Part shown: one piece after another, positions 1 through 10,931 of the stretch | Position numbering within the stretch: the first letter of the stretch is position 1 | Layout of the letters: each line of letters begins with the position of its first letter | From: a virus | Virus record (IMG/VR): IMGVR_UViG_3300037205_000062 | Location: 98,912-162,911 of that record | Reading direction: 5' to 3' (one strand) | Length of the DNA stretch: 64,000 bases | Translations under genes and position numbers: made by a program | Notes under the pieces: model-generated | Told to the model about the DNA's origin: nothing | The model's database searches: none | The model's input: the letters and a program-made list of their open reading frames with translations, nothing else

Positions 1-125
1 GGCCAAATTTCACCTTTTTTATGTTTCTTAAAGCAAACTTCAAAATCATTAGAATGAAATGCGGTTTTTTTAAAAGAACCACAAAACCAACCACCCTTCC
101 ATTTTTTTTGTCTAAAAATTTTCAT
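1..125 (-). CDS. Partial cupin-like protein associated with sugar nucleotidyltransferases (runs off window)
   Basis: Manual translation MKIFRQKKWKGGWFCGSFKKTAFHSNDFEVCFKKHKKGEIWP; ATG overlaps upstream stop. Confidence 0.6.
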   Translation of the reverse strand, partial: MKIFRQKKWKGGWFCGSFKKTAFHSNDFEVCFKKHKKGEIW

Positions 126-877
126 TATAGATTTCTAAGTTTTTTGTAATATTCATAATCAATTGGTGTTCCAATAGGATAATGCATGTTAAATGAAAAT
201 GGCAATACTTTCATACCCCTTTGGATCATATAATTATAAGATGGCGCTACATAATATTCTCCATTTACTGTATCTTCGTTTCTTTTCATTTGATTAAATG
301 ATTCAATAAAATATAACCCTTTTTTCCACCAATGAAAACCATTTGTAGCAATATTACTGATAACTCGTTTTTCTTTAATATCTATTATTTCATTATTATC
401 GCTTAATTTAATATAACTATTTTTTGGGCTACAAGAATGAAAAGTGCCTAATACTCCATCAGCATTATTAGTTTCGCAAAAATGTTCAAAAATATCATAA
501 TTCCAATCTTCTATAATTTGATCACAATTTGTTATTATAAGGGGAGATTCAATATCTGTTTTTATAGCACCAATTAATGCTGAATCTGCTGGTCCTTGAG
601 GAAGGTAATCTATAGGTATTATTTGAAAAAAATCTCTTGGTAATTGTTTATTAATTACTTTGAAAATGTCATTTTCATTTAATTGTTTAATATTAACGAT
701 AAAGGTAAAATAGAACGACTTATTAAACCCCATTTGCTTGTCAAATAAATTTTTTATAACGCATTCAATCATTGAATATTTTCCTAATGAAAGAAGGGGT
801 TTGGGTAATGTATAACCACAATCGGAAAATCTTTTCCCAATTCCAGCCATAGGTATTACTATATTAATTTTATTCAT
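125..877 (-). CDS. Sugar-phosphate nucleotidyltransferase (NTP_transferase family)
   Basis: IVIPMAGIGKRF...PKPL motif, NCDQ, EK..IS..AT.G, GEYYVAP; start moved to MNKINIV. Confidence 0.85.
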   Translation of the reverse strand: MNKINIVIPMAGIGKRFSDCGYTLPKPLLSLGKYSMIECVIKNLFDKQMGFNKSFYFTFIVNIKQLNENDIFKVINKQLPRDFFQIIPIDYLPQGPADSALIGAIKTDIESPLIITNCDQIIEDWNYDIFEHFCETNNADGVLGTFHSCSPKNSYIKLSDNNEIIDIKEKRVISNIATNGFHWWKKGLYFIESFNQMKRNEDTVNGEYYVAPSYNYMIQRGMKVLPFSFNMHYPIGTPIDYEYYKKLRNL

Positions 878-1496
878 AAATTTTTGGTCGAACATCTGAA
901 CCAGCTCCATTTTTATAAAAATTAGATAATTGTAAATTCTTTTTAATCCAATATATATCAAATTCTTTAGTTAAATGATTAAAGAAATTAAAATTTTCAA
1001 AAGTTTCTTTGGATTTTTCTATATAATTATTAGTCAGTCTAGTTTCTGGTGGAGGATAATGATTATCTTTTGATTTATAATTCCAAAATATTTTTGAATT
1101 TTCTAAATTTCCAAAAGAAAACCAATCGCATACTTGACGGTAATTCATATACATACCATAATGTATAAAAGATAAAGTTTTGTTATTTTTACTAATTATT
1201 TCTAATAATTTATCAATATTATCAAATACCATATCACTTCGTGTTTTAAAAATAAATTGCGTATTAGATTGTTTAATCCCATTAAAAGAAGAGGTACATT
1301 GTAAATTTATATTAGAAGTCCCAACGTTATTAGGTTTAGACGTAATAATTAATGGTATTTCTTTACTAATCTGATTTAAATTTTCATCTGGTTCGTTATC
1401 CCATGTTGACCAAACATATTGTTGATTACTAGAGAGATTTTTTAAAACTTCTTTATAATAATTTGTTGGTCCTTGAATAACTATTGTTGTATCCAT
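870..1496 (-). CDS. WavE-like polysaccharide synthesis protein
   Basis: TIVIQGP, VWSTW, NINLQ..S..G, K.RSD motifs. Confidence 0.65.
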   Translation of the reverse strand: MDTTIVIQGPTNYYKEVLKNLSSNQQYVWSTWDNEPDENLNQISKEIPLIITSKPNNVGTSNINLQCTSSFNGIKQSNTQFIFKTRSDMVFDNIDKLLEIISKNNKTLSFIHYGMYMNYRQVCDWFSFGNLENSKIFWNYKSKDNHYPPPETRLTNNYIEKSKETFENFNFFNHLTKEFDIYWIKKNLQLSNFYKNGAGSDVRPKIYE

Positions 1497-1497
1497 T

Positions 1498-2106
1498 TTA
1501 TTTACCTAATAATAACTGACAACATGTTGGATGATAATAAATAGGTTTATATCCGCAAGCTAATAAAAAGGGTATACTATATTCGCTTTTACCTCCTTTA
1601 AATTCTGAATTTTTAATATCATCTAATAAAATTAATGAATTTTCATGTAAATTAAAAATGATATTTTGAATTTCTTTTAATTGATGTCTACATGCTTCTT
1701 CTATTATATTTTTATTATAATCAGAAGTATCCATACTATCCAAATATAAAAAATCTACAGGTTTTTCAAAATTACGAAGATACGCTACGGAATCTTGCTC
1801 TATGTATTCTATATGATTAGAAAATTGTTTTGTAGAGTTTTTACAATCATTTATACTTTCAGAGTTAATATCAACTGTAATTAATTTTGAATTAGTTAAT
1901 TCGCACCATTTTCCAAAAACTATTGTACTACCCCCTCCACCATTAATATCATTAATATTTTTACCCCTAGTTGTACCAGTTTCTAACATTATAATAGGTT
2001 TATCTCCAAATCTTTTATAAATATTATCGAATAATTTAAGAAAGGATTCTGCTCTGCTTTGATATGGTAAATTTCTTATATAATTTTTAATTTCATCTAA
2101 TTTCAT
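1498..2106 (-). CDS. Class I SAM-dependent methyltransferase
   Basis: MLETGT, ITVDI, DSV..L, DFLYLDS, ILLDD. Confidence 0.75.
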   Translation of the reverse strand: MKLDEIKNYIRNLPYQSRAESFLKLFDNIYKRFGDKPIIMLETGTTRGKNINDINGGGGSTIVFGKWCELTNSKLITVDINSESINDCKNSTKQFSNHIEYIEQDSVAYLRNFEKPVDFLYLDSMDTSDYNKNIIEEACRHQLKEIQNIIFNLHENSLILLDDIKNSEFKGGKSEYSIPFLLACGYKPIYYHPTCCQLLLGK

Positions 2107-2107
2107 A

Positions 2108-2770
2108 TTAAAGTTTAATTTTTGATGCTAAATAGTTACTATGGTGAAAATGTTCTACTGGATATTCAGCATATCTTAATACATCTTTTTCAACATTATA
2201 TATATATCTCCCCTGTAACAAATCATACATATTTCCTAAAGTTTTACCAGCTAAAGGATACCTTTCTCCATATTCAAATTGTATAAATTCTATTTTATCT
2301 AAATAATCTTCTGAACTTTTAATTACTTCATATTCAAGACCTTCTACATCAATTTTAATAAAATCAATATTAGATATATTTCTTGAATCCATATACTTCT
2401 TAAGAGTAGTTAAAAATATAACGTCTTTTTGGTCTTTTCCATCGTGATTATAAATGGATTCTCCATTATAATAATAAGTAAAATATCCTTCTTTATCATT
2501 AATCCCAAAGAAATTTAAATGGATATTTGGATTATTAATTAAGTCATCGTTATTAATAAGTTCCTTAAAAGCAAATTTATTAGGTTCAAATAGATGAACA
2601 TCTTGGTCTTTGAAAATTTTACAAAAGTCAAAATCTTTTTGTGCTCCTACTGAAAAAATAGTTTTAACTCCAAATTTTTCTTGCATTAATCTAGCTAGTT
2701 TATCTTCACCCTCTGACAATTCTTGAGCTACATGTAATCTAGGTCTTTGGTCGTAATAAATGATGTTCAT
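2108..2770 (-). CDS. FkbM-family methyltransferase
   Basis: HLFEP, IDFIKIDVEGLEYEVI, IQFEY. Confidence 0.85.
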   Translation of the reverse strand: MNIIYYDQRPRLHVAQELSEGEDKLARLMQEKFGVKTIFSVGAQKDFDFCKIFKDQDVHLFEPNKFAFKELINNDDLINNPNIHLNFFGINDKEGYFTYYYNGESIYNHDGKDQKDVIFLTTLKKYMDSRNISNIDFIKIDVEGLEYEVIKSSEDYLDKIEFIQFEYGERYPLAGKTLGNMYDLLQGRYIYNVEKDVLRYAEYPVEHFHHSNYLASKIKL

Positions 2771-2803
2771 AATTAATATATTATACTTTATTGTATATGT
2801 TTA

Positions 2804-3508
2804 CTATAAATAGTCTATTTTAATTAATGTATCTTGCGGTTCATTAGGAAAATCTAATCCATTTATAGGATACTTAATTTTCAACGGAGAATGTCCTACT
2901 GTGTAGGTTCTATTTAAAAAAGTTATTTCTGGAGTATCAGGGAATTCAAAGCCATTATAATCTAAAGAAAATCTTGAAGTATTACCATGGACATGAATAA
3001 TATCAAATATTTTTCTTAATTCTTTCAAAATGCTTAAAAATTCATTTAATCGAGTATTAATATTATGAAATTCTACAATCATACATCTTAATTCTAAAAG
3101 TTGAATTTGTTTACTATGATAAAAAAAATCATACTCCGCTCCCTCTGCATCAATTTTAAGAATAGTGTTTGATAAAAGTTTATTATCTTTGTTCTGTTTT
3201 ATATGATTAAAAAAAGTATTTGTACAACGCCCTTGCTGACCAGATAATCCTTCTTGATGAAATTGAAAAGTATTTATTTGATTAGATAATTGAATAGTAT
3301 GGTCATAACCATGTATTTTAACATGTGGATTTAATCTCTTTAAATGTCGTTCAAAAGAAATTTCATTATCTATTCCATAACTATAACATCTTTTACATTG
3401 ATTAATAGTTTCTAGGTTAATGATATAACCACCATCACGCTTATGTCCTACGCGTATTAATTTATCTTTAGTTTTTACGGGTTGTGTTAGATTTTGTAAG
3501 ATATTCAT
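2804..3508 (-). CDS. FkbM-like (Methyltransf_22) methyltransferase
   Basis: RVG..RDGGY, YSYGI...ISFE, LKIDAEGAEY, VEFH, HVHGN. Confidence 0.8.
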   Translation of the reverse strand: MNILQNLTQPVKTKDKLIRVGHKRDGGYIINLETINQCKRCYSYGIDNEISFERHLKRLNPHVKIHGYDHTIQLSNQINTFQFHQEGLSGQQGRCTNTFFNHIKQNKDNKLLSNTILKIDAEGAEYDFFYHSKQIQLLELRCMIVEFHNINTRLNEFLSILKELRKIFDIIHVHGNTSRFSLDYNGFEFPDTPEITFLNRTYTVGHSPLKIKYPINGLDFPNEPQDTLIKIDYL

Positions 3509-3511
3509 AAT

Positions 3512-4321
3512 TTAAATATTATCCAAACTATTAATAAAAAACTGAGGATATTTTTCTTTAGTAATACTGGTAGGTAAATATGGGTTAGTGATAAAAGTTA
3601 CAGGATGGTCGGTATTATGGCGTATATTAAATTGCCCTTCTTTTAGACGTTTTTTTAATACTTCCCTTAAAACTTCTTCATTAGGAATTTCGGATTTATT
3701 TAACGTTTCTCCTGCATTTAAAAACTTATGTCTAATAGATTCTACACCACCCATGTAACTTAAATGCCAACCACCCATAGTTAATCTAGGTAATTGGTCT
3801 TTCCTAGTTCTAAAAAATTGTGGATTAAATTGATTTAATGTACTTTTTTTTACAGCTATTGTACCAGGAAAAGTATGAAATAATGAAACTATATTCATCC
3901 AATAAACATGGTGAACGTGTGAAAAAGCTAAAGCATTTCCATGTTTAAAATGATTACTTAATAAGTACTCAAACCATTGATGGTGAGGAATTTCATCCAA
4001 ATCAGAAATTAATACAATATCATTTTCATATACATTATTTAATCCCTTAACTATAGAATTGCGTAAGTAATTATCAATAGTAAAAACGTCACCATTTAAA
4101 GGGGGACAATCCGTTACAACTACATGAATTATTTTATCAAGATAAGTAGAAAAACGATTTTTATTATCACTAAAATATAGTGGTTTTGGAACTGAACAAT
4201 GATTGATTGTAGATTCTACAATAACGAACTTGTCGATATACGGAGAAAGGTATTCTAATCTAGCTTCTAATAAATCTAATTCATTAAAAAATTGAATACA
4301 ATCGTAAATTTTAGGTTTCAT
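3512..4321 (-). CDS. Glycosyltransferase family 17 (beta-1,4-GlcNAc transferase-like)
   Basis: IYDC..FFNELDLLEARL, FVIVES, ISDLDEIP, GGWHLSY. Confidence 0.85.
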   Translation of the reverse strand: MKPKIYDCIQFFNELDLLEARLEYLSPYIDKFVIVESTINHCSVPKPLYFSDNKNRFSTYLDKIIHVVVTDCPPLNGDVFTIDNYLRNSIVKGLNNVYENDIVLISDLDEIPHHQWFEYLLSNHFKHGNALAFSHVHHVYWMNIVSLFHTFPGTIAVKKSTLNQFNPQFFRTRKDQLPRLTMGGWHLSYMGGVESIRHKFLNAGETLNKSEIPNEEVLREVLKKRLKEGQFNIRHNTDHPVTFITNPYLPTSITKEKYPQFFINSLDNI

Positions 4322-4739
4322 AAATATTTTTCCTTATAATATCGTTATATATATAATCTATCGCTTCTTGAAAAGAAAAACATATATAATAACAATGGTT
4401 ATACAGCCATATATCAATATCCAAACTTCGAGGTACAACCATAATAACCTTCTTATTATTAAATGAACCATAAGCGGCTACCATAGCTGACCTACAAGAC
4501 CATTTAGAAAAATTAATTAAAATATAATCAGATGCTAAAATATCTTGTTTATCTTTATTAACGACTTCATTATATTTAGAATTTGATTTAATAATTGAAT
4601 ATTGTGAAGGTAATGAATCAAGTATGCTGGTTTTTAGATGTTTCTTTACCCATTCTCTCCAATCAATAGGATATGTATTTACACAACTTTTCTTAGGACC
4701 GAAAAGATAGGTTTTTATGGTAATTTTATTTTTTTTCAC
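4311..4739 (-). CDS. Nucleoside 2-deoxyribosyltransferase-like protein
   Basis: YLFGP...DWRE, DK.DI..SDYILIN pattern; catalytic Glu not evident. Confidence 0.5.
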   Translation of the reverse strand: MKKNKITIKTYLFGPKKSCVNTYPIDWREWVKKHLKTSILDSLPSQYSIIKSNSKYNEVVNKDKQDILASDYILINFSKWSCRSAMVAAYGSFNNKKVIMVVPRSLDIDIWLYNHCYYICFSFQEAIDYIYNDIIRKNIYET

Positions 4740-4744
4740 TATAT

Positions 4745-5695
4745 TTATAATAGTATAGATTTAGGTAAAACTGTATAATTTCTTCTAATAGCCTGATTAT
4801 CAAAATGGGTTAATTGTGGTACTAAAATATAAGCTTTATTAGATAATACCTTTTTAACAAAATTAGCCATATATATACAATCATAATTTAAAGGAAAGCA
4901 TGTTTCAGGAAATGGCATCCATCTTAATTGATGACTTGGAAAAGGTTGGAATGGCGCTGATACTTGGCGACTTAAACAAAGGGTAGGGATTCCATAGGAA
5001 TATCCAATCACACGTAACCCACTATCTATTGAAAACATTAATTTTGCGGCTGAAATAGCCAAACAAGCCTCTTTTAATCCAACTGCTAAAATTTCAACGT
5101 TTGGATAATTTTCAAATTTAGAATAAATATTTCTTATATCATTTGTACAAATAAGTTTACATTTTATAAATTTGCTAACTTCTTCTACTATACGTTCTAT
5201 ATACCAACGTTCTAAACCGTGGTCATTTTTTGTATTAGACATAAGATGAAATGCCACATATTCCTCTTTTGTATCTAATTTTTGTAAATCTGGCTTGGGA
5301 AAAAATCTATAATATCTTAACCAATCAAAATCATAATCTACCCATTTTAAAGAGTCTATATGACCATCATACCAAATATCATGAGATTCAATTTTTGCGC
5401 GCCATTCATCTGGAACATTTTCATAAACACCCATACTCTTTTCTTCTCCAAATTGAGAAGAAATATAACATTCTTTATATTTTTTATGAGGTATAACAAT
5501 AACTTCTTTATAAAAAGAAGGATATAAAATTTCAATTAATTCTTTTTGAAAAGTTTTCCCTTCGCTATCGACATAAAGATAAATGTCATAATCTGGATAT
5601 TTTTCTTTAATAGCTGGTATAAAACGATTAAATAATAAAATATCACCCGCCCCACCTTCAGCTCTAATTCCTATAGTTTTATTTATACTTTCCAT
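4745..5695 (-). CDS. GT9 (heptosyltransferase-like) glycosyltransferase
   Basis: GGAGDILL...IPAIKEKYP, IDSGL..IG...GIPT. Confidence 0.7.
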   Translation of the reverse strand: MESINKTIGIRAEGGAGDILLFNRFIPAIKEKYPDYDIYLYVDSEGKTFQKELIEILYPSFYKEVIVIPHKKYKECYISSQFGEEKSMGVYENVPDEWRAKIESHDIWYDGHIDSLKWVDYDFDWLRYYRFFPKPDLQKLDTKEEYVAFHLMSNTKNDHGLERWYIERIVEEVSKFIKCKLICTNDIRNIYSKFENYPNVEILAVGLKEACLAISAAKLMFSIDSGLRVIGYSYGIPTLCLSRQVSAPFQPFPSHQLRWMPFPETCFPLNYDCIYMANFVKKVLSNKAYILVPQLTHFDNQAIRRNYTVLPKSILL

Positions 5696-5698
5696 TTT

Positions 5699-6940
5699 TT
5701 ATATAATTTCTACAATAGGTAATGGGAAAATAAACTTAGTTCCATTTTTTATTGTTTCCTTTTCTCTTTCTAATATTTCTTTTTTAAAATGATATGGACC
5801 AACTAAATAATAGTCTGGTTTCATTTTTCTGCTTTCTTCTTCTGAGATTAGTTTAATACCACTAATAGTTTTAGCACCAAATTTTTCTGGACTTCTTTCT
5901 GCTGCATATTCAATTAGTTCTGGTCCTATTTTACAATAACCTAAAATAGTATTAAGTTTAGTAGACGAACCATAAATATGAATTGTTTTTCCTGATTTTT
6001 TAATGTTATTTATTAATGATACTAGAGTAAATTTTTGCTCTAATACTGACATTCTAAATTTCTTATAGGTATCTTCATCATCTAGCGACGCACAAAATTC
6101 TTCCATTCTTATATTTGATAAGTTTTTCTCAAATTCATTATTGTTATAATCAAAACACGATTTATGAGATACAAATACCATTAAACTACCACCATTTGTA
6201 TCAGTCTTTTGGGCATTAAAAATTTTTAACCCAATAGAATTTAACATTATCTCTAATGGGGCTAAATGATAATGAATAATATGTTCATTTACTATACTAT
6301 CATACGCCAAATTATTTAACATAGAAGGCCAATATGCCACTTCAAATATCCATATTCCTTTATCTGTTAATATCTTTTTTATTTCTTCCGCAAATTTTGT
6401 TGGATTTTCAACATCATAATAGCACGCAATAGATGTAATAATATCAAACTGTTTTCCACATAATTTATTAGTTGGAAACAAATCATTTATTACAATTATA
6501 TCTTCATCTGTTTGTTTTGCTGATATGTCAGACGGATCAACTCCATATTTAATAAAGTTTTTTGGATAATTTCTTAATAATGTATTGTCGTTAGAAGCTA
6601 TATCTAATACTGATCCAAGTTCTAATTGAGTTAACTTTAACGCATTATTTACAATAGATTTAAGATGTTCTCTCATTGTAAAACTTATACCAGATTGATA
6701 CCAATAATTTGTATAAAGAATTCTTGGCGGAATAGTATGTTTCGTTTGGATTAATCCACACGCATCTTCATATTTAGATGTATCGCATCTAACTACTAAA
6801 TTTGGAGTTTTTCTGAGTGGTGGATTTGGAATTCCATCCTTTATAAAGGAACCTTGAAAATACTGTTCTCCTAAATCAATTACATCAGTTAAATTAGGAT
6901 TTCCACAAATTCTACATGTTTGTTTATATTTTATATTCAC
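5699..6940 (-). CDS. NDP-hexose C-methyltransferase
   Basis: N-terminal CRICG...DLG zinc motif, LDIASND..LL, EH..HY, IYG...K.NT. Confidence 0.9.
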   Translation of the reverse strand: MNIKYKQTCRICGNPNLTDVIDLGEQYFQGSFIKDGIPNPPLRKTPNLVVRCDTSKYEDACGLIQTKHTIPPRILYTNYWYQSGISFTMREHLKSIVNNALKLTQLELGSVLDIASNDNTLLRNYPKNFIKYGVDPSDISAKQTDEDIIVINDLFPTNKLCGKQFDIITSIACYYDVENPTKFAEEIKKILTDKGIWIFEVAYWPSMLNNLAYDSIVNEHIIHYHLAPLEIMLNSIGLKIFNAQKTDTNGGSLMVFVSHKSCFDYNNNEFEKNLSNIRMEEFCASLDDEDTYKKFRMSVLEQKFTLVSLINNIKKSGKTIHIYGSSTKLNTILGYCKIGPELIEYAAERSPEKFGAKTISGIKLISEEESRKMKPDYYLVGPYHFKKEILEREKETIKNGTKFIFPLPIVEII

Positions 6941-7275
6941 GTCTTAAATTCGGAAATTGAATTATGAAAGAATTTTTTTTGTAAAACTTGTTTAGCCCTA
7001 TATCTTAATATATTATAATTATCTAATTCCTTCGCTGTAATTAAATTAAATTTAGCTTTATCCACTCCATTAAAAATTAATAAATTAGTTTCTTTTAAAG
7101 AAAGATATTCTTGAGATTTTAAAATAGAAGAAAATTTTACGTGCCCAATTTGTTTAGACAAGAACAGGTAACATTCTTTATAATGTTTTTCCTGTTCCTG
7201 AAACTTATCTTTTTTAATTTCTAATATAGATAAATAATCAAAAGCATATGATTCACTAACTAATAGATTAATCAT
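6937..7275 (-). CDS. Hypothetical phage protein
   Basis: Coupled ORF; DYLSILEIK motif. Confidence 0.5.
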   Translation of the reverse strand: MINLLVSESYAFDYLSILEIKKDKFQEQEKHYKECYLFLSKQIGHVKFSSILKSQEYLSLKETNLLIFNGVDKAKFNLITAKELDNYNILRYRAKQVLQKKFFHNSISEFKT

Positions 7276-7507
7276 ATATTTTAATAATTACTTATTAAAT
7301 ATAAATTTTACCTGTTCGGACTTGAAATCAATAAACTTTTGAGTTTTCTCGGACCAAACAATCACCTTAATATCTTCTGTTTTTGCGGCGATTCCTTGTT
7401 TTTGAAACAGTTCTGCAACAGTTCCCAAAACTTCAGAAGCATCCAATTCAGCATTTATTTGTATTTTCATAATAGTATTATATATTAGTTTTATTTATAT
7501 GTCAATA

Positions 7508-7864
7508 TTAAATTTCTATTACTTCACCACTAGTTTTAGATGGATGAAGTTTCTTTGTCTTTTTCTCGTAGTCGTCAATTACTTTTTGTTTTACTGGGTC
7601 TTGGCCAGATACTTTTGCCCTTTTATCGCTTAATTCAGAACTTATATCCCACATGTCGCCTATAGAATAGTTTTTATTTTTAGTGTGATTGACAAAATCA
7701 TTAGCGGAATTAGGATTAATTTTAGTATCTATAGAAGCTGTAGGTTTAGTAAAAATACGAAGCCATTTTGTTCCATTTTCGGAATATTCATGAAGATCAT
7801 TCATACCTTGAAATATTTCTTTAATTTCTTCTGTTTTTGGATGCTGGAAAAGATAAAGTGGCAT
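7508..7864 (-). CDS. FmdB-like (MPLY-start) protein lacking zinc cysteines
   Basis: MPLYLFQHPKTEE start resembles FmdB family. Confidence 0.4.
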   Translation of the reverse strand: MPLYLFQHPKTEEIKEIFQGMNDLHEYSENGTKWLRIFTKPTASIDTKINPNSANDFVNHTKNKNYSIGDMWDISSELSDKRAKVSGQDPVKQKVIDDYEKKTKKLHPSKTSGEVIEI

Positions 7865-8101
7865 AATGTTATTTCGGATAAGAATTAGTGAGTTTATATT
7901 TTTCTTTTTGTCTTTCTAATTCTTTAGTAAAATCATCATGATTATCTGGGTGTTTTTGTTTGGCGAAAACTGCCGCTAATTGTCTTTGTAATTTCCACAT
8001 AATTTGCTCTTCTGTTCCATCAATAAGAAAATGACCAATATCAACTGGATTTTTTCTAATATCAAAATCATCTTCGCATAAAAAAAGACAAGTAGTTAAT
8101 T

Positions 8102-8788
8102 TCATATATTATAATATTTTTCTATTTCACTTTTACTAAAAATAAAGAAAATTTTATTATCTTCTTCTTGAACTGATATAATATGAGAATTAATGAATCC
8201 TTTATTTAACATTTCAGATTTGAAAGTGGGGATATGTTCTGGTTCAAGAACCGTTTCGCCGCAAATGCTTTGTACTTTACTTAGGTTAGCTTCTTTTAGG
8301 ATGTCTCTTTCTTGGTATCCTATATTAATTTTTAATATATCAATACTAGTTTCTTTACCGCAATATACGTCTAAAATTTTTGAAAGAGTATCACTTGGGC
8401 AAAAATATCCAAGTGTTTCGTTGGATGGGGCAACTGGTTGAAGATTTGAATAATTAATAAATGATTTTTCTGATTTTGGATGTCCTATTTTTAATCCAGA
8501 ATTATCTTTAGAAATAGATATAAGGTGAGGAATAGCAAATGGATTTTCAGATAAATTTTTTATTAACATCTTAAAATTATCTAAATATGGTTCAAAAGAA
8601 TAAACTCTTTTTGCGCCCAAAGCTAATGAAGTAATAGTAAAATAACCACAATGCGCCCCAATATCTACGACTATAGGACGTTCTTCTTCCTTTTTAAATC
8701 CTCTAACACGATACGAATTAGTATTAAATATCTTATCTAACCAATATTGATCGTCTGAAAAACTACGAATATGTATTACGGGAGTCAT
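8102..8788 (-). CDS. FkbM-family methyltransferase
   Basis: VVDIGAHCGYF, VYSFEP, IDILKINI. Confidence 0.8.
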   Translation of the reverse strand: MTPVIHIRSFSDDQYWLDKIFNTNSYRVRGFKKEEERPIVVDIGAHCGYFTITSLALGAKRVYSFEPYLDNFKMLIKNLSENPFAIPHLISISKDNSGLKIGHPKSEKSFINYSNLQPVAPSNETLGYFCPSDTLSKILDVYCGKETSIDILKINIGYQERDILKEANLSKVQSICGETVLEPEHIPTFKSEMLNKGFINSHIISVQEEDNKIFFIFSKSEIEKYYNI

Positions 8789-8799
8789 AAATAAATATA

Positions 8800-9900
8800 T
8801 TATCTAATAGAGGTTTCGATTATTCTATTAACAAAATCTTCTTTATTAAATTTAGTTTGAAGTTCTAATCCAAATTTATTAACTCGATCTTTTTCTACTC
8901 TAGTAATTGCTTTACGGCAAGCAAATATAAACTCTTCTTCATTCCAGTCAAAAATATTACCTTGATTAAACATATCACCTTTACGGAAAAATATGTTATC
9001 AACAGAATCTATTTTCCCACTAGGATTAATTAGAACAGAGTTATTACTATTAGCCCAACCTTTATAAGCATGAGCATCTAAAATAACAGCATGTTTTCCA
9101 ATAGCTACTGATTGGAATTCTGGAAGTCCCCACCCCTCACCTCCAGAAACTCCCAAAACAATATCTCCACTATTAAGAAAATCATTATAAATATAATTTT
9201 CTTTAAAATTAGGAAAGAAGTTTACATTAAATGGTTTATCCCCTCCTAAAATTTGTTTAATAAATTCGTGATTTTGTTCGGGAGACAAAAAATGATTAAA
9301 AATAGCGCATTGTAAATGATAACGTCTATCGTTGCCAAAGGCTTTAATCCAAGATTGAATTACTTTTGCGTGATGCTTTCTTTTTTCTAATTTTCCGCAA
9401 AGATTAAATACAATTCTACCATCTTGATGATATTGTTTATTTAATTTTGTAAAATTATAAGAGTCAAAAGCAAGAGGAACATAACTACAATTAACTCCAA
9501 ATAATTTAAAGACAGTACAAGCGTATTCACTACTAAGAATTAAATTATTATTTTTAGCTATATTAAGTTCAATTTTAGTTGGACTATCTAGTTCATAAAA
9601 ACTTAATAATGATTGTTTATAACCATAAGATTCAAGACTTTGATTAAGATGCCATAATTTGAACACTGGAATATCTTTAGTATAGTTTTCTAATGTTTTA
9701 ACTAATTTTGATTGAAGCCAAGCTTTAAAATCTTCTTCTATTTTTTGAGAAGAAAGGTCTATATTAGCAATAGCAAAAAGATATAAATCAATGTCACTTG
9801 TTCCATTCTTTTCTCTTTCAAAGAGAGTTTTTAAAATAAGAGTGGATACTTGGCCTAGTGAAACGCTATTAATTGGAAGATGTAAGGCTAATTTATTCAT
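8800..9900 (-). CDS. GT4-like glycosyltransferase
   Basis: GKLEKRK, SGGEGWGLPEFQSVAIGK GT-B motif. Confidence 0.8.
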   Translation of the reverse strand: MNKLALHLPINSVSLGQVSTLILKTLFEREKNGTSDIDLYLFAIANIDLSSQKIEEDFKAWLQSKLVKTLENYTKDIPVFKLWHLNQSLESYGYKQSLLSFYELDSPTKIELNIAKNNNLILSSEYACTVFKLFGVNCSYVPLAFDSYNFTKLNKQYHQDGRIVFNLCGKLEKRKHHAKVIQSWIKAFGNDRRYHLQCAIFNHFLSPEQNHEFIKQILGGDKPFNVNFFPNFKENYIYNDFLNSGDIVLGVSGGEGWGLPEFQSVAIGKHAVILDAHAYKGWANSNNSVLINPSGKIDSVDNIFFRKGDMFNQGNIFDWNEEEFIFACRKAITRVEKDRVNKFGLELQTKFNKEDFVNRIIETSIR

Positions 9901-9960
9901 TATTATGACTGTAAATAAAGAATATTCCATCTTTACTTACAGTTTTGACTATTCTAAATA

Positions 9961-10269
9961 TCAGAATACTTCACTATTATCTGTTTGTTCGGTAGGAACA
10001 ACCTTAGTTTTAGTTTCTACTGATTGAGTAACTACTTGTTTAGTAGCTTCCCTTGATTCAGCGAAATAAACATTAATATCTGGCTGGGAATCAGTTTTCT
10101 TATCCTTATTAGAAAAGGCGATAATGTCAACCTGTTGACCAGCTTTTACATCAAATGGGAATTTTAATCCACCCTTTAAGTAAGCATCACCCTTTTGTGA
10201 CTTGTTTTTCCATAGACCACCGAGACGGTTAGTTTTCCAATCGGTTTTAGTATTTGTATTTGTAGGCAT
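9961..10269 (-). CDS. DUF736-like small protein (possible ssDNA-binding; acidic tail ending in F)
   Basis: LGGLWK...G..YLKG, K.TDSQPD. Confidence 0.5.
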   Translation of the reverse strand: MPTNTNTKTDWKTNRLGGLWKNKSQKGDAYLKGGLKFPFDVKAGQQVDIIAFSNKDKKTDSQPDINVYFAESREATKQVVTQSVETKTKVVPTEQTDNSEVF

Positions 10270-10286
10270 AATTTGTTATATTATAA

Positions 10287-10314
10287 TAGACCTTAAATTT
10301 AAGTATTTATTCAA
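10287..10314 (-). promoter_or_regulatory. TTGAATA-N16-GTCTA promoter (ECF-like class)
   Basis: Bipartite motif recurring upstream of five genes. Confidence 0.6.
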
Positions 10315-10931
10315 ACTATATCTGAAATATTTTTACTATTGATTTTACTTTTCACTAATTTAACGCCCTTGTCATGTAAATTTACTACAGTTTGCGTACT
10401 TAAATTCATTTTTTTAGCTACTTTACTCCAAATCATTTTTTTATCTCCGCAATATCTATATTTAAAAATATTACATATTCTATCATCTTTTAATTGATTT
10501 AGTATATTAAATATATAATGATAATTTTCTATATAATTTTTATTATTATTAGAGTAGTCAGTGGTTGCTTGTTTTTCTTCTATACGAGTTTTAATTTCGT
10601 CGCTATCCATTGGAAGAACTAATTTATCAGAATTCATTGTATTCAGACATAAATATCTAGTACAATTCCCTATCCAAGTTGATAATTTAGCATTCTTTTT
10701 AGACTTAAAAGAAAGAATACAACGGTAAATAACGTAATTTTTTTCATCAAAAATATCTTTAATATTAATACCACTAAGTAAGAGTGCTAAATTATACTTT
10801 TGACATATTTTATAAAAAATATTTTCATATCTTTTACAAATCTCATTAAATGAATCATTGTCACCGTATTTCTTAACTGAATTAATTAATTGTAAATCAG
10901 TTTTTTGTTCTGGTAGTTTATTGTTTTTCAT
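10311..10931 (-). CDS. Phage sigma-70-like RNA polymerase sigma factor
   Basis: Region 2-like KNAKLSTWI, C-terminal HTH W.KVAKKMNLS.QTV. Confidence 0.75.
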   Translation of the reverse strand: MKNNKLPEQKTDLQLINSVKKYGDNDSFNEICKRYENIFYKICQKYNLALLLSGINIKDIFDEKNYVIYRCILSFKSKKNAKLSTWIGNCTRYLCLNTMNSDKLVLPMDSDEIKTRIEEKQATTDYSNNNKNYIENYHYIFNILNQLKDDRICNIFKYRYCGDKKMIWSKVAKKMNLSTQTVVNLHDKGVKLVKSKINSKNISDIV